Notes: generated by a model not told the origin, from the letters alone. Counted from the stretch's first letter, positions 9,622 through 19,558 are shown. The stretch is 64,000 nucleotides of DNA from an uncultured delta proteobacterium (GCA_963737905.1 CAVTUQ010000002.1:384001-448000); one strand, 5' to 3'. Translations and numbers: made by a program.

Positions 9622-10395
9622 TCAGAGTTGGAGATGGCTTCCACCGGTGATCAGGATATGGGTACCCGTGAGCATGCTGGATTCATTACCGGCTAAGAAC
9701 GCAATGGTTCCAGCAACGTCCTCGGGATAAAGATGTTTCTTTAGCGGCCGGGTTTCACGCACGCGCTCTCGAAACGCCTCCGGCATGATCATGGAAGCAT
9801 CGGTTAAAGTAAAAGCCGGCGTTACGACATTAACCGCAACGCCCAAAGGTCCCAGTTCGATGGCCATAGTGTCGGCCATCGATTCCAAGGCGGATTTTGC
9901 GGCCGCATAAGCACCCATGCGCGGCAAGGGCTGTTGGGCCAGCCGCGTGCTGATGACGATGATCTTGCCGGCTTTCTTTGCGACCATTCCCGGCAAACAG
10001 GCCTGGACGCAATTGTGGAAGGCGGAAAGCTCATGTTCGACAGCCTGATGAAAATTCTCCCACGACAGTTCATGCAATGGACCCACCTCGAAAGGGAAGT
10101 AGGCGTTGTTGACCAGCACGTCGACGGCGCTCAATCCCTCCTGGACCGCAGCCACCATGGCGTCCACGTTATGTCTCTGCGTCACGTCGGCCTGAAAAAT
10201 CATGCCCCGGCCGCCCTCCGCCTCAACTTCTTCGAGAACCTTTTGCGCCGCTTCCTGATTCTGATGATAGTTAATGACCACGGTGGCGCCGGACTGCGCC
10301 AGCCGCTTGGCCGCGGCGGCACCGATGCCTCGGCTCGCCCCGGTGACGAGAGCGACTTTTCCCTGGAGCGGCTCGAGTCTAGCTTGCTCCGTCAT
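9622..10395 (-). CDS. Short-chain dehydrogenase/reductase (FabG-like)
   Basis: TGASRGIG, VLVNNA and YAAAK catalytic motif. Confidence 0.92.
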   Translation of the reverse strand: MTEQARLEPLQGKVALVTGASRGIGAAAAKRLAQSGATVVINYHQNQEAAQKVLEEVEAEGGRGMIFQADVTQRHNVDAMVAAVQEGLSAVDVLVNNAYFPFEVGPLHELSWENFHQAVEHELSAFHNCVQACLPGMVAKKAGKIIVISTRLAQQPLPRMGAYAAAKSALESMADTMAIELGPLGVAVNVVTPAFTLTDASMIMPEAFRERVRETRPLKKHLYPEDVAGTIAFLAGNESSMLTGTHILITGGSHLQL

Positions 10396-10407
10396 GGACT
10401 CAAAAGC

Positions 10408-11889
10408 TCAAATAGCGACGGCGTCTTCCGCCGCGCCCTTTTCGTACTTCGCGGCGTTGTTCTTGAAGGAGAGAAACTTCATCCTCACGTAGGGCGAACT
10501 GTAACCGTTCAAGATCCGGTCGATACGTCCCGGCTTGCCATAAAAGGATTGAAAAGCCCAACCGGTCAATTCGCCCAGCTGATGGCGCGTGAGATGTTTG
10601 GTTGGCATAACGCAATGCTCCAGGTCGTACAGACTGAGGTTGTCGATTTCGATAAGGTTATCCTTGACCGCCTTTTTGTAAATGGGCGATCCCGGAATCG
10701 GATTAAGCAATTGGATCATGACGATATCCGGATCGATCTCGTCAACAGCCTTGGCCCGCTGGCGAATTTTTGCCTCATCGTCTTCCCAGAAGCCGTTTAA
10801 ATAGGTCGAGATCGTCGAGACGTCATTCTTGCGCAGGAACTGGATAAGCTCCTTTAACTCCTTGACGCCCACTTTCATGGATCCCTTGCGAGCCTCGGCG
10901 ATCTCTTCGTCGGTCCCGCCATCGATGCCGATCAGTACCTGATAGAGACCGACCTTGCGTAGCCGCGGGATCAAATCGGCGTCGCGGATGAGATTCTGTG
11001 CCCTGCTCAGGCAAAACCAGCTCATGTCCAGTTTTCTTTTTTCCAGCTCGTCCACCAAGTCGACCATCTTCTGGCGGTCGGAGTTGAAGTCATCGTCCAT
11101 AAATGTAAGCGACTTGACGCCGTAGCGCTGGTTCAACAACTCCATCTCGTCGGCTACCGATTTACCGCTCCGGGTGCGGTGCGAGCTGAAGTCACGTGGA
11201 TTGCGCGGATCAACCAGCCACCACTCGTAACAAAAGTGGCAAGCCCCCTCGCAACCTCGGGTGGTCACGGCTTCGTTGTAGTTTGGAATGACGGAATAGC
11301 CGTAGTAGCGATCCATCGGGAAGAGATCGTAGGCCGGCATGGGAAGCTCATCGAGATTCTGGATCAAGGGTCTGGCTGGGGTGAGTATTATTTCCTCACC
11401 GCTGCGATAGGCAAGTCCCCTAATCGCGCCGAAGTTCGGCGATGAGCGTTTGAGCTCCTCTAACAGTTCCCACAGCGGGTATTCATTATCGCCAAAGACG
11501 CCAACGATCGCGAAGTCAAGCTGAGGATTATCTTTCATGATCTGTTGGGGAATGGCAGTATACATCAACCCACCGCCGACGGTGACCGTCTTGGGATAAG
11601 ATTCCTTGATCCGTTTCATCGCCGCATGAAAGCGGTTCAGCTGCGCCGCGCCGCCTGCGGCTGGAATCACGCTGCCGAAGAAGACAACATCCGGTCGTTG
11701 TCGGCCGACCTCGTCTGCCATTTGGTCATCATCGAAGCCGAGGGCACGGCAATCCAAAACCCCAACATCCGCGGCTTCCTTTTCGCGGATAAACGCCGCG
11801 ACTTGCGAGTGCAGGGAATTTACCGCGAGATGGCGGTCACCCCAGGGCGCCCAATTTCCCATGGGGGGTGTGACAAATAGGAGTTTCAT
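10408..11889 (-). CDS. Cobalamin-binding radical SAM protein (class B / BchE-like superfamily)
   Basis: N-terminal B12-binding domain (TVGGG), TTRGCEGACHFC CxxxCxxC motif, FMDDDF and PIPGSPIY. Confidence 0.9.
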   Translation of the reverse strand: MKLLFVTPPMGNWAPWGDRHLAVNSLHSQVAAFIREKEAADVGVLDCRALGFDDDQMADEVGRQRPDVVFFGSVIPAAGGAAQLNRFHAAMKRIKESYPKTVTVGGGLMYTAIPQQIMKDNPQLDFAIVGVFGDNEYPLWELLEELKRSSPNFGAIRGLAYRSGEEIILTPARPLIQNLDELPMPAYDLFPMDRYYGYSVIPNYNEAVTTRGCEGACHFCYEWWLVDPRNPRDFSSHRTRSGKSVADEMELLNQRYGVKSLTFMDDDFNSDRQKMVDLVDELEKRKLDMSWFCLSRAQNLIRDADLIPRLRKVGLYQVLIGIDGGTDEEIAEARKGSMKVGVKELKELIQFLRKNDVSTISTYLNGFWEDDEAKIRQRAKAVDEIDPDIVMIQLLNPIPGSPIYKKAVKDNLIEIDNLSLYDLEHCVMPTKHLTRHQLGELTGWAFQSFYGKPGRIDRILNGYSSPYVRMKFLSFKNNAAKYEKGAAEDAVAI

Positions 11890-11923
11890 AGGGTCTCCTC
11901 GTTAAAGTTAGATCGTTTGACCC

Positions 11924-11952
11924 AAAATATTTAATACCTAAACGATTGTCAA
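11924..11952 (-). promoter_or_regulatory. Putative sigma70 promoter of the radical SAM operon
   Basis: Minus strand TTGACA-17 nt-TATTTT upstream of the GAGGAG RBS and the ATG at 11889. Confidence 0.6.
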
Positions 11953-12030
11953 GATTACACCTAAGAAATAGAGCAATTTAGCCCCACGGCAGCCCCTCAA
12001 AATAAAGTCAAATGGCCTGCAATTTTACTG

Positions 12031-12059
12031 TTGACAACACTACGCCCTTCTGTTACACG
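12031..12059 (+). promoter_or_regulatory. Putative sigma70 promoter of the ABC permease
   Basis: TTGACA-17 nt-TACACG with an extended TG. Confidence 0.45.
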
Positions 12060-12120
12060 TGCGCGAGGCTGGGAAGGTGTTCCGGTTAATAACCATTAAC
12101 GAATAGAGGAGGGTAACCCC

Positions 12121-12966
12121 ATGGCTGAACAAGCCGCGCAAGAGCAACTTTTAGACGTTAGAGTAGCTGAAGCGTCTGCAGCGTATAAGTTCTATCTCAA
12201 CCAGGAAAGGAAGATCCTGGGAACGATAGCCGTCGTTATTTTCCTGACTATCTGGGAGCTAGTCGGCAACACGCTGCAACTTATCAATCCCATGTTCATG
12301 AGCGCGCCTTCCTTGGTGGCGAAGGCAGCGGTTCAGCTCTTCGTCTCAGGAGAGATTTGGAATGACTTGTATGTCAGCGGCATCGAATTCTTTTGGGGTT
12401 ATTTCCTCTCCGTTGTCTTTGCCATTCCTTTCGGTATCGCCATCGGTTGGTACAAACGATTCGCCTATATTTGCGATCCATTCGTCAACGCGATGAATGC
12501 AACGCCCCGCGTCGCACTCCTGCCCTTGGTTATCATTTGGCTAGGTATCGGCATTCTTTCCAAGGTCGGGATTATCTTCCTGGGCGCAGTATTTCCCTTG
12601 CTGATAAACACTCGAGACGGCGTAAAGACGACCCCCGCCAACCTCCTTACCGCCGCGAGAAGTTTTGGGGCTTCGGAGTGGCAGATTTTTAAATCTGTCG
12701 TATTACCCTCCACGGTACCCTTTATCTTGACCGGATTACGATTGGCGGTCGGGCGGGCCCTTATCGGCGTCATGGTCGGTGAGCTGTACGCCGCAACCGC
12801 GGGCATTGGCTTCATGATCACCGTCGCAGGCGCGACCTTTCAAACGGATAAGGTCTTCGTCGGCGTCCTGGTCTTCGCGATCACCGGTATGATTCTGACT
12901 GACGTCCTGGACCGGATCGAACATCGGTTCGACAAGTGGCGCCCGAAGGTGGGTGCGGACGTATAA
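12121..12966 (+). CDS. ABC transporter permease (TauC/SsuC/NitT family)
   Basis: SAPSLV, PRVALLPLVIIWLGIG, AARSFGAS (EAA loop) and VLPSTVPFILTGLRLA. Confidence 0.92.
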   Translation: MAEQAAQEQLLDVRVAEASAAYKFYLNQERKILGTIAVVIFLTIWELVGNTLQLINPMFMSAPSLVAKAAVQLFVSGEIWNDLYVSGIEFFWGYFLSVVFAIPFGIAIGWYKRFAYICDPFVNAMNATPRVALLPLVIIWLGIGILSKVGIIFLGAVFPLLINTRDGVKTTPANLLTAARSFGASEWQIFKSVVLPSTVPFILTGLRLAVGRALIGVMVGELYAATAGIGFMITVAGATFQTDKVFVGVLVFAITGMILTDVLDRIEHRFDKWRPKVGADV

Positions 12967-12996
12967 CTCGCTGATATTGCCTTAGAGTTTGTTTCG

Positions 12997-13036
12997 AAGG
13001 TGGCGTTTCGGAGCTGTCCGGCGCCACCTTTTTTTT
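12997..13036 (+). terminator. Rho-independent terminator
   Basis: AAGGTGGCG...CGCCACCTT stem with an inner CGGA/TCCG pair, followed by a T run. Confidence 0.8.
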
Positions 13037-13589
13037 GCAACTAATCTCGTCGCGGGGCTTTTATCCGGCGGGCTACTGCTGCGATGCTTTTTCTTAATCT
13101 TGAGATTGCCGCCGTTGCCCCACCGGCTTTCGCTTTTCGCGCGCTGACAACGCTATTGAACTTCCCCCACCGGATCTGATTGATCCATTGTTTCGGCGCT
13201 TCCTCCTTCCGGCGCCGCTTTTTCTGAATGCGACGTCCTTTAGTCTTCAGTATCCTCTATTTGGCAGATGGTACAATCATGAGCTTAGGTAGATGACCTT
13301 TTCGTCGTGGACCGACCGCTCACCAAGCGATCTTCGGCAACCCGGAGAAGCGCAGGAACAGTCTTGCCGCACAGATAACTTGCCGATGGCGTAGTCCGCA
13401 TAAAGAACAATTATTGAGTTCTTCCAATTCAAAACCTGGCAGCACCCGGAATTTTCGGGAAGGGGTTGATTCGGCCAGGAGGATATTCCCATGGCCAACG
13501 ACACCGTTAAGATCGTGCCAAGAGTGGTCTGTTCGTAGGTACGTGGACTATCACAAGCCTCGTTTTTCGCATTTTTTGCTGCTATACCA

Positions 13590-13613
13590 CTCCGATGATT
13601 AACCCACGGCGGC
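13590..13613 (+). repeat. Left copy of 24-bp inverted repeat (pairs with 25226-25249)
   Basis: CTCCGATGATTAACCCACGGCGGC; contains the ATG of the TVP38 gene. Confidence 0.85.
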
Positions 13614-14323
13614 AGCTCGCTATCAGAGCTGTTATCTTCATCGCCTTGGTGGGGCTGCTGTTTTTCTTCAGTCACTACATTCCGCAACCGTTCACCGCAC
13701 TCATGCCGCCGGGCGAGGACTTCGATGATTTCGAAGCGATTTATTCCAGCAGCGATAAACTTAGTAAGTTTCTCCAATCTTTAGGACCTTATTCTCCGGC
13801 GGTATTCGTGCTTCTACAAATACTCCAGGTAGTGGCGGCTCCATTTCCCGGAGAACTGACCGGGGTCGCCGGCGGATATGTCTATGGCGAAACCATGGGC
13901 TTTGTGCTTTCCATGGTGGGACTCTCCATCGGCTCCTGGGTCGCGTTCGAACTGGCAAATATTTTGGGCAGGCCGTTTGTCGAGCGATTTGTCAGCCAGG
14001 AAGTTCTGCACAAGTTTGACTTCCTGACCACGAATACGGGTGCCACGATTTCCTTTTTGTTGTTTCTTATTCCCGGCTTCCCGAAGGACTACCTCTGCTA
14101 TCTGCTGGGTTTAACCCGGATGAAGCTGAGTACCTTCCTGATCGTATCCATCATCGGCCGTATCCCGGGAACTTATCTGTTAACCGTTCAGGGCGCCAAG
14201 TTCCGCAATCACGAATATTACGCAGTGGCCATCTTCGCTGCCGTCTCCGCGGTGATCTTACTTGTGACCTATCTCTACCGAAACCAGATTTACCACTGGA
14301 TCAAGCACCGCCATGGTCGCTGA
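13595..14323 (+). CDS. TVP38/TMEM64 family (VTT domain, DedA superfamily) membrane protein
   Basis: LQILQVVAAPFPGE..GVAGGYVYG, LFLIPGFPKDYLCYLLGLT and GRIPG. Confidence 0.9.
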   Translation: MINPRRQLAIRAVIFIALVGLLFFFSHYIPQPFTALMPPGEDFDDFEAIYSSSDKLSKFLQSLGPYSPAVFVLLQILQVVAAPFPGELTGVAGGYVYGETMGFVLSMVGLSIGSWVAFELANILGRPFVERFVSQEVLHKFDFLTTNTGATISFLLFLIPGFPKDYLCYLLGLTRMKLSTFLIVSIIGRIPGTYLLTVQGAKFRNHEYYAVAIFAAVSAVILLVTYLYRNQIYHWIKHRHGR

Positions 14324-14345
14324 AAGCCAAGACGGAAACCGGTGC

Positions 14346-15164
14346 TTACAAAGTCAGGCTGCGCGTTGCGGAATAGAAAATCGCAGCCACCGCGATGCGG
14401 TACCAGGCGAACGGCGCGAGGCTCCAGCGACTTAGGAAACTTACAAAAGCCTTGACTGCCATGAGCGCCACCAAGAATGATACGACAAACCCCACGCCAA
14501 ACTGTACGAGGTCCTGAGCGGCAAAGAGACTGTGCATTTTAACCAGCTCATAGCCTGTCGCTGCGAACATTATTGGCACCGCAATGAGGAAGGAGAATTC
14601 CGCCGCCCCCCTTCTCTCGATTCCCAGAAGCATTCCGCCAACAATCGTTGCCGCCGCTCTTGACGTACCCGGCCACAGGGCAAGGACTTGGAAGAGACCG
14701 ATTCCAAAGGCCTGACCCAAGGTGATAGTTTCAAGTGAATAAGAGCGGCGATGGGAAACAAATTTCTCAGCAAGCAAAATGGCGATGCCACCCACGGCCA
14801 ACGCCCAGGTTACCGCCAGCGGGGTAAAGAGCTGCTCTTTGATCGTATGGCGTGCGAGAAAACCGACGATCAAGGCAGGTATCGTCGCTAGGGTAATCCG
14901 CCAAAGGCCGGACCACCCTTTTAAGGTCGAGTCAGAGTGAGCAACAGACCGGGTGGGAATCAAGTCTATGAACCGTCGCCAGTATAAAAAAACTACCGAT
15001 AGCACTGCGCCGAGTTGAATGGCGACTTCGAAGCTTGCCGCTTTTTCGCCGACGAAACCGAGCAGATGGCCGACCAGGATCAGATGACCGGTAGAAGACA
15101 CCGGTATAAATTCAGTGAGCCCTTCCACAATACCTAAGACAACAGCAATGCCCAGAGAGTCCAC
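14346..15164 (-). CDS. uppP: Undecaprenyl-diphosphate phosphatase
   Basis: GIVEGLTEFIPVSSTGHL, IQLGA, PGTSRAAAT and AAEFSFL BacA signatures. Confidence 0.95.
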   Translation of the reverse strand: MDSLGIAVVLGIVEGLTEFIPVSSTGHLILVGHLLGFVGEKAASFEVAIQLGAVLSVVFLYWRRFIDLIPTRSVAHSDSTLKGWSGLWRITLATIPALIVGFLARHTIKEQLFTPLAVTWALAVGGIAILLAEKFVSHRRSYSLETITLGQAFGIGLFQVLALWPGTSRAAATIVGGMLLGIERRGAAEFSFLIAVPIMFAATGYELVKMHSLFAAQDLVQFGVGFVVSFLVALMAVKAFVSFLSRWSLAPFAWYRIAVAAIFYSATRSLTL

Positions 15165-15210
15165 ACATCCTCCTCCTGATCTACCGGATCAAAATACCGC
15201 AAACTCCCTT

Positions 15211-15855
15211 TCAGGCACTAGACCTTGCCTTGCGCCATTCGCTGAGGAACTTGATGATGCCGGGAAGCAGTGAAAGGAAAATAACAATGGCGATCACAAG
15301 ATGAATTTGCTCCTGAATATTCGGAATGAGTGTGCCCAGAAAATAGCCGGCTAAGGTGGTCGTCATCACCCAGAAAATTCCACCCAGGGCATTGAAAGCC
15401 AGGAAGCGCGCGTAGGACATTGCGCCCACACCCGCCACGACAGGGGCGAAGGTTCTGATAATGGGAATAAAACGAGCAATCACGATCGTAAATCCGCCGT
15501 ACCGGTCATAAAATTCTTTAGCCGAAATGAGGTGCTTGCGATTAAATAAAAGAGAATTCTCTCGAGTAAAAATTTTTGGCCCCGTCGTGTAGCCGATCCG
15601 GTAGCCCACCGTATCACCGACAATCGCTGCCGCGCTCAACGAAATATTCAACGTCAACAAATCAAGATCGCCTTTAGCAGCGAATATCCCGGCGGTTACC
15701 AATAGGGAGTCGCCGGGCAAGAAAAAGCCGATCAACAGGCCGGTTTCGACGAATACAATGATCGTGAGTGCGACTAACCCTCCCGCGCGAACCAGCAACT
15801 CAACATCATAAATTTGGTGAAATAAATTCCAGAAAAATTCCATTTTTCTCTTCAA
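15211..15855 (-). CDS. DedA family protein
   Basis: FVETGLLIGFFLPGDSLL, GDTVGY and ARFIPIIRTFAP. Confidence 0.93.
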   Translation of the reverse strand: MKRKMEFFWNLFHQIYDVELLVRAGGLVALTIIVFVETGLLIGFFLPGDSLLVTAGIFAAKGDLDLLTLNISLSAAAIVGDTVGYRIGYTTGPKIFTRENSLLFNRKHLISAKEFYDRYGGFTIVIARFIPIIRTFAPVVAGVGAMSYARFLAFNALGGIFWVMTTTLAGYFLGTLIPNIQEQIHLVIAIVIFLSLLPGIIKFLSEWRKARSSA

Positions 15856-15954
15856 CCTCCGTATTTCAATCCAGGGGTACCACGGCCAGTCGGAACGATC
15901 TTTCTCGTGCTGCCTTTTACAAACAGGGCAAGGAGAGCACGCATCTGACCCGGA

Positions 15955-17643
15955 TTATTCGGAAAGGAGTCCCCGCGACTTTACCAGGACAAGGGGGTGC
16001 TTCGCCACCGGCCCCCAACCTTCGCTGATGTCCAACATTTCAAGAGCATTCTTCCTTCGTAAGCTTTGCCAATCTTCCTCCCACATGAGCAAAAAAACCG
16101 GCTGCTTCAACTTGTTTACTTTCTGGGCATAGGGAGCGATCTCCCTGCGGGAATAGAAGATCGTACCGTAATCAAAAGAATTATAAAACAAGATTGGCGT
16201 TTGCGGAGCAATATTTTCTCGTAACCGGGTAGCAAAAGGTTTCAAAGTTCGCTCTCCCGCGATCGCCGGATAGTAGCTGGTTTTCAAAAATACCGTTGCC
16301 GCCGTGGCCATCATGGCGATAGCAACAAACATCCCATCCCATTGTTTTCGCGGCAACGATAAAAAGATGAGAAGCGAAGCTGCAGCAAAAACCGACAAAC
16401 CGATCCAAAGCGGCACAGAGGGGGTGAAAAAGCTTTGGAGATCGTCCAGAGCGCCAGCGCTTCTTAGTCGCGGGAAAAGGTGTTCAACCTGCGCACCGCT
16501 AGCCCCCGCCAGGAAAAACATTAGCGTTCCAACACCGACAAGACTAGCAGCGGCCAACGCAACCCCTGCCGCGGAAGTGACCCAAACATCCTCAGTCGCG
16601 GTTTCCCTGCCAAGGCTTCCCCACCATGCACCGAGGAGCAGCGCAAAAGCCGGATAAAGAGGAAGGATGTATACGGCGCGTTTGCCTGAAGCCAAGCTGA
16701 AAAACAGAAACACGCTAACCCACCAAACCAGCGGGAACAGCAGAGGGTCGTCAATTAACTCGCGGCGCCGCCGATACAGAAAAAACGCCAGCGGAGGAAC
16801 GAAAACACTCCATGGCGCCTGGTTCAGAAAGAAATTCGAAACATAATAATACAAAGGCTGGTGACGCCCGTAATCGCCGGCCGCGGTGCCAAGACTTTCC
16901 TCAATAATCTGCCGGATGAAAAACGCGGATCCTCCCTGTCGCATAGCCAACGCGTACCAAGAACCGGCGACAAGAAGAAAAAGCACGGCACCGGAAATAG
17001 GGTGCGCTTTCTTCAGGAAGGCAAAATCACGCCGCAGGCAAAGAAAAACAAAGATGATCAACAAGGGGACAAGAAGGCCAAGCGGTCCCTTGGCCAACGT
17101 GGCGCAAGCCAACAGTAATGCCACGGCTATCGCATTGCCTTGGCTGTACCTCCCCTCTCGATACATAAAATAGAATAACAGCAAAGCTGCGGTCATAAAG
17201 AACGCTAGGGTCATGTCGACTTGGGCCATGGTGGCCGCACGCCACCACCCGGGTGTGGTCGCCAAAACGATCGCAGCGAACCGCCCTGTTTTCTCATTCC
17301 AATGACGCGTTCCTGTACTATAGACGAGAAGAACGCCTAGTGTCGCAAAAAGCGCAGAGGGGAGGCGGATCGTCAACTCGTTCACGTCTCCGATCACGGT
17401 CGATATCACGACACCGATCCAATGAAAGAAAGGTGGTTTGAAAGGAATGTAGTCGCCATTGATTTTTGGAAGAACCCAGTTTCCTGTCTTGTACATTTCC
17501 CAGACCACCAATCCTTCGCGGGGTTCTCCGCGCTCGTAGAATGGGATGTTGCCCAATTCCCAGAAAAATAGAAAGAAACACAAAATGAGGAGAAGCGAGA
17601 ACGCCGAGAACTTTATACCCCTCGGCGGTCTTACGTCAGCCAC
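15955..17643 (-). CDS. ArnT-like lipid-carrier glycosyltransferase (GT-C, GT83/PMT family), copy 1
   Basis: EPRE..VVWEM..GNWVLP, KPPFFHW, RLPSA, LAKGP and KRAVYILPLYP; polytopic membrane protein. Confidence 0.88.
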   Translation of the reverse strand: MADVRPPRGIKFSAFSLLLILCFFLFFWELGNIPFYERGEPREGLVVWEMYKTGNWVLPKINGDYIPFKPPFFHWIGVVISTVIGDVNELTIRLPSALFATLGVLLVYSTGTRHWNEKTGRFAAIVLATTPGWWRAATMAQVDMTLAFFMTAALLLFYFMYREGRYSQGNAIAVALLLACATLAKGPLGLLVPLLIIFVFLCLRRDFAFLKKAHPISGAVLFLLVAGSWYALAMRQGGSAFFIRQIIEESLGTAAGDYGRHQPLYYYVSNFFLNQAPWSVFVPPLAFFLYRRRRELIDDPLLFPLVWWVSVFLFFSLASGKRAVYILPLYPAFALLLGAWWGSLGRETATEDVWVTSAAGVALAAASLVGVGTLMFFLAGASGAQVEHLFPRLRSAGALDDLQSFFTPSVPLWIGLSVFAAASLLIFLSLPRKQWDGMFVAIAMMATAATVFLKTSYYPAIAGERTLKPFATRLRENIAPQTPILFYNSFDYGTIFYSRREIAPYAQKVNKLKQPVFLLMWEEDWQSLRRKNALEMLDISEGWGPVAKHPLVLVKSRGLLSE

Positions 17644-19558
17644 AGATTCCTTCTCCTGCCCCCTGTAAGCCCATGTACTTTTCGTACCAGGTCTGAAAGA
17701 CCAGCAATGTCCACAACGGTTCTCTGTTGTCCTTGGTTTTAGTCACTTGCTCGTCGATGAGCTGTTTAATGTACGGATAATGAAAGATTCCTTGACGCTG
17801 GATTCTTTCTTGACTCAGGTAATCCAACATAAATTCTCTAAGATCGCCGGCCAACCATTGCGCGAGCGGGACGCCGAATCCTTTCTTCTTGCGATAGACG
17901 ATGTTACGGGGAAGAAACTCCTCTGCGGCCTTTTTCAGGATATATTTCGTTCTCAATCCATTGAGTTTGTATTCCATCGGTAGCCGGCAGACAAATTCCG
18001 CTACCTCCCGATCCAGCAGCGGACTACGCACTTCTAGGCCATTGGCCATACTCGCACGGTCCACGGTGACCAGATTATTGTCCTGAAGATACAGCTTCAT
18101 CGAAAGATAGAGGATACGCTCGAGTTCTTTGGTCAGACCGCTTCTTCTGACGTAGCGATAGATCTCCTCGTAAGCATTTTCTTTGTGGAGCTCTCTTCGA
18201 ATTTCCGGGTTCAGCAACTGGTTTCTCTCGGCGTTACTGAATGCGCCGCGCCACAGAAAAAAGCGAATTTCCGAGGATACGCCCACTCCCTTTAAGAACT
18301 GTTTGAGTTTAAAATCCAAGCTTAGGTATCGGTGAGACACGGGCAAATGGAACGCGAGCGCTTTGATAGATTCCTTCACAAACCCTGGCAAGGCGTCGTA
18401 GAAAGTCACGATCCTGTGGGCTTGGTAGGTTGGGTAGCCGGCGAAAAGTTCGTCCCCCCCGTCTCCGCTCAATACGACCTTCATGTGCGCTGAAGCGAAC
18501 CGGGAGAGCAGATACAACGGTAAAATCGAGGGATCCGCCAGCGGTTCATCCAGAATCCCGGGCAATCGTTCGACCATGGACAGCATATCCTTAGCGCTAA
18601 AAATCTTTAGGTGATGCTTGATTCCCAAGGAGCGCGCGATCTGCTGGGAATACCGGCTTTCATCGAAGGACGCTTCCTCAAAACCGATACTGAAGCATTC
18701 CAGATTTTCTTTCGCTCTGCGCGCCATCGCTGCGACCAGACTCGAATCAAGCCCGCCGCTGACAAATAAACCGACCGGAACGTCGGCCACCAGCCTGGCG
18801 GTGACGGCACGGTCCAGCAATTCTTTGAGCTCCTCGATATATTGAGCCTCGGTGCGATCGCTGATGGGATAATCTTCCATCGGAATGTCCCAATACTGGG
18901 AAGTAACAACCCCTCCGTCACGAAAGAGCAGGTAATGACCTGCTTCTAGCTTTTTTATAGTTTTGAAGATGCTATGAGGCGCCGGAACATATTCGAAAGC
19001 GAGGTATTTGTTGAGCGACGTAAGATCTAATTGCCGACTGACCCTGGGATGTTGAAGAAGCGCCTTGATTTCGGAAGCAAATACAAAATGCCCACCGGCA
19101 ACACAATAGTGTAAGGGCTTCTTCCCGACTCTGTCTCGCGCAAGAAATAGGCTTTGCCGTTTGACGTCCCAGAGAGCGAAGGCGAACATACCGTTGAGTT
19201 CGTCCAGACATTGCGTCCCCAGCTCTTCATAGAGGTGAATCACGACCTCGGTGTCGGAGCGGGACTGAAACGTGTGACCTTTACCTTCAAGTTTTTTCCT
19301 GATTTCTTGAAAGTTGTAAATCTCACCATTGAAAGTAATCCAGATTGTCTCATCTTCGTTGGTCATGGGCTGCTTCCCGGCAGCCGAGAGATCGATAACG
19401 CTCAGTCGCTTATGCCCAAGCCCCACAGACGCTTGCGAGGAATCCAAGATAACTTCGCCTTCATCATCTGGTCCGCGATGTCTGAGGGTGTGCCCCATAC
19501 GGCGCAGCACCGCGCGGTCAATCGTGCTTGGAGACAGGTATCCGTAAATGCCGCACAT
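17636..19558 (-). CDS. asnB: Asparagine synthase-like glutamine amidotransferase
   Basis: MCGI, HRGPD, RLSVID, FNGEIYN, SGGLDSS, LSGDGGDELFAGY and RKKKGF. Confidence 0.93.
   Translation of the reverse strand: MCGIYGYLSPSTIDRAVLRRMGHTLRHRGPDDEGEVILDSSQASVGLGHKRLSVIDLSAAGKQPMTNEDETIWITFNGEIYNFQEIRKKLEGKGHTFQSRSDTEVVIHLYEELGTQCLDELNGMFAFALWDVKRQSLFLARDRVGKKPLHYCVAGGHFVFASEIKALLQHPRVSRQLDLTSLNKYLAFEYVPAPHSIFKTIKKLEAGHYLLFRDGGVVTSQYWDIPMEDYPISDRTEAQYIEELKELLDRAVTARLVADVPVGLFVSGGLDSSLVAAMARRAKENLECFSIGFEEASFDESRYSQQIARSLGIKHHLKIFSAKDMLSMVERLPGILDEPLADPSILPLYLLSRFASAHMKVVLSGDGGDELFAGYPTYQAHRIVTFYDALPGFVKESIKALAFHLPVSHRYLSLDFKLKQFLKGVGVSSEIRFFLWRGAFSNAERNQLLNPEIRRELHKENAYEEIYRYVRRSGLTKELERILYLSMKLYLQDNNLVTVDRASMANGLEVRSPLLDREVAEFVCRLPMEYKLNGLRTKYILKKAAEEFLPRNIVYRKKKGFGVPLAQWLAGDLREFMLDYLSQERIQRQGIFHYPYIKQLIDEQVTKTKDNREPLWTLLVFQTWYEKYMGLQGAGEGICG

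Noticed and set aside
10408-11889. Calling the radical SAM protein bchE or hpnP/hpnR
   Set aside because: Only superfamily motifs are visible and there are no bacteriochlorophyll or hopanoid genes in context.
13277-13777. Minus-strand ORF ending in YADY...CSCASPGCRRSL, reminiscent of a post-SET motif
   Set aside because: There is no SET core (NHSC), it overlaps the TVP38 gene antisense, and it has no credible start.
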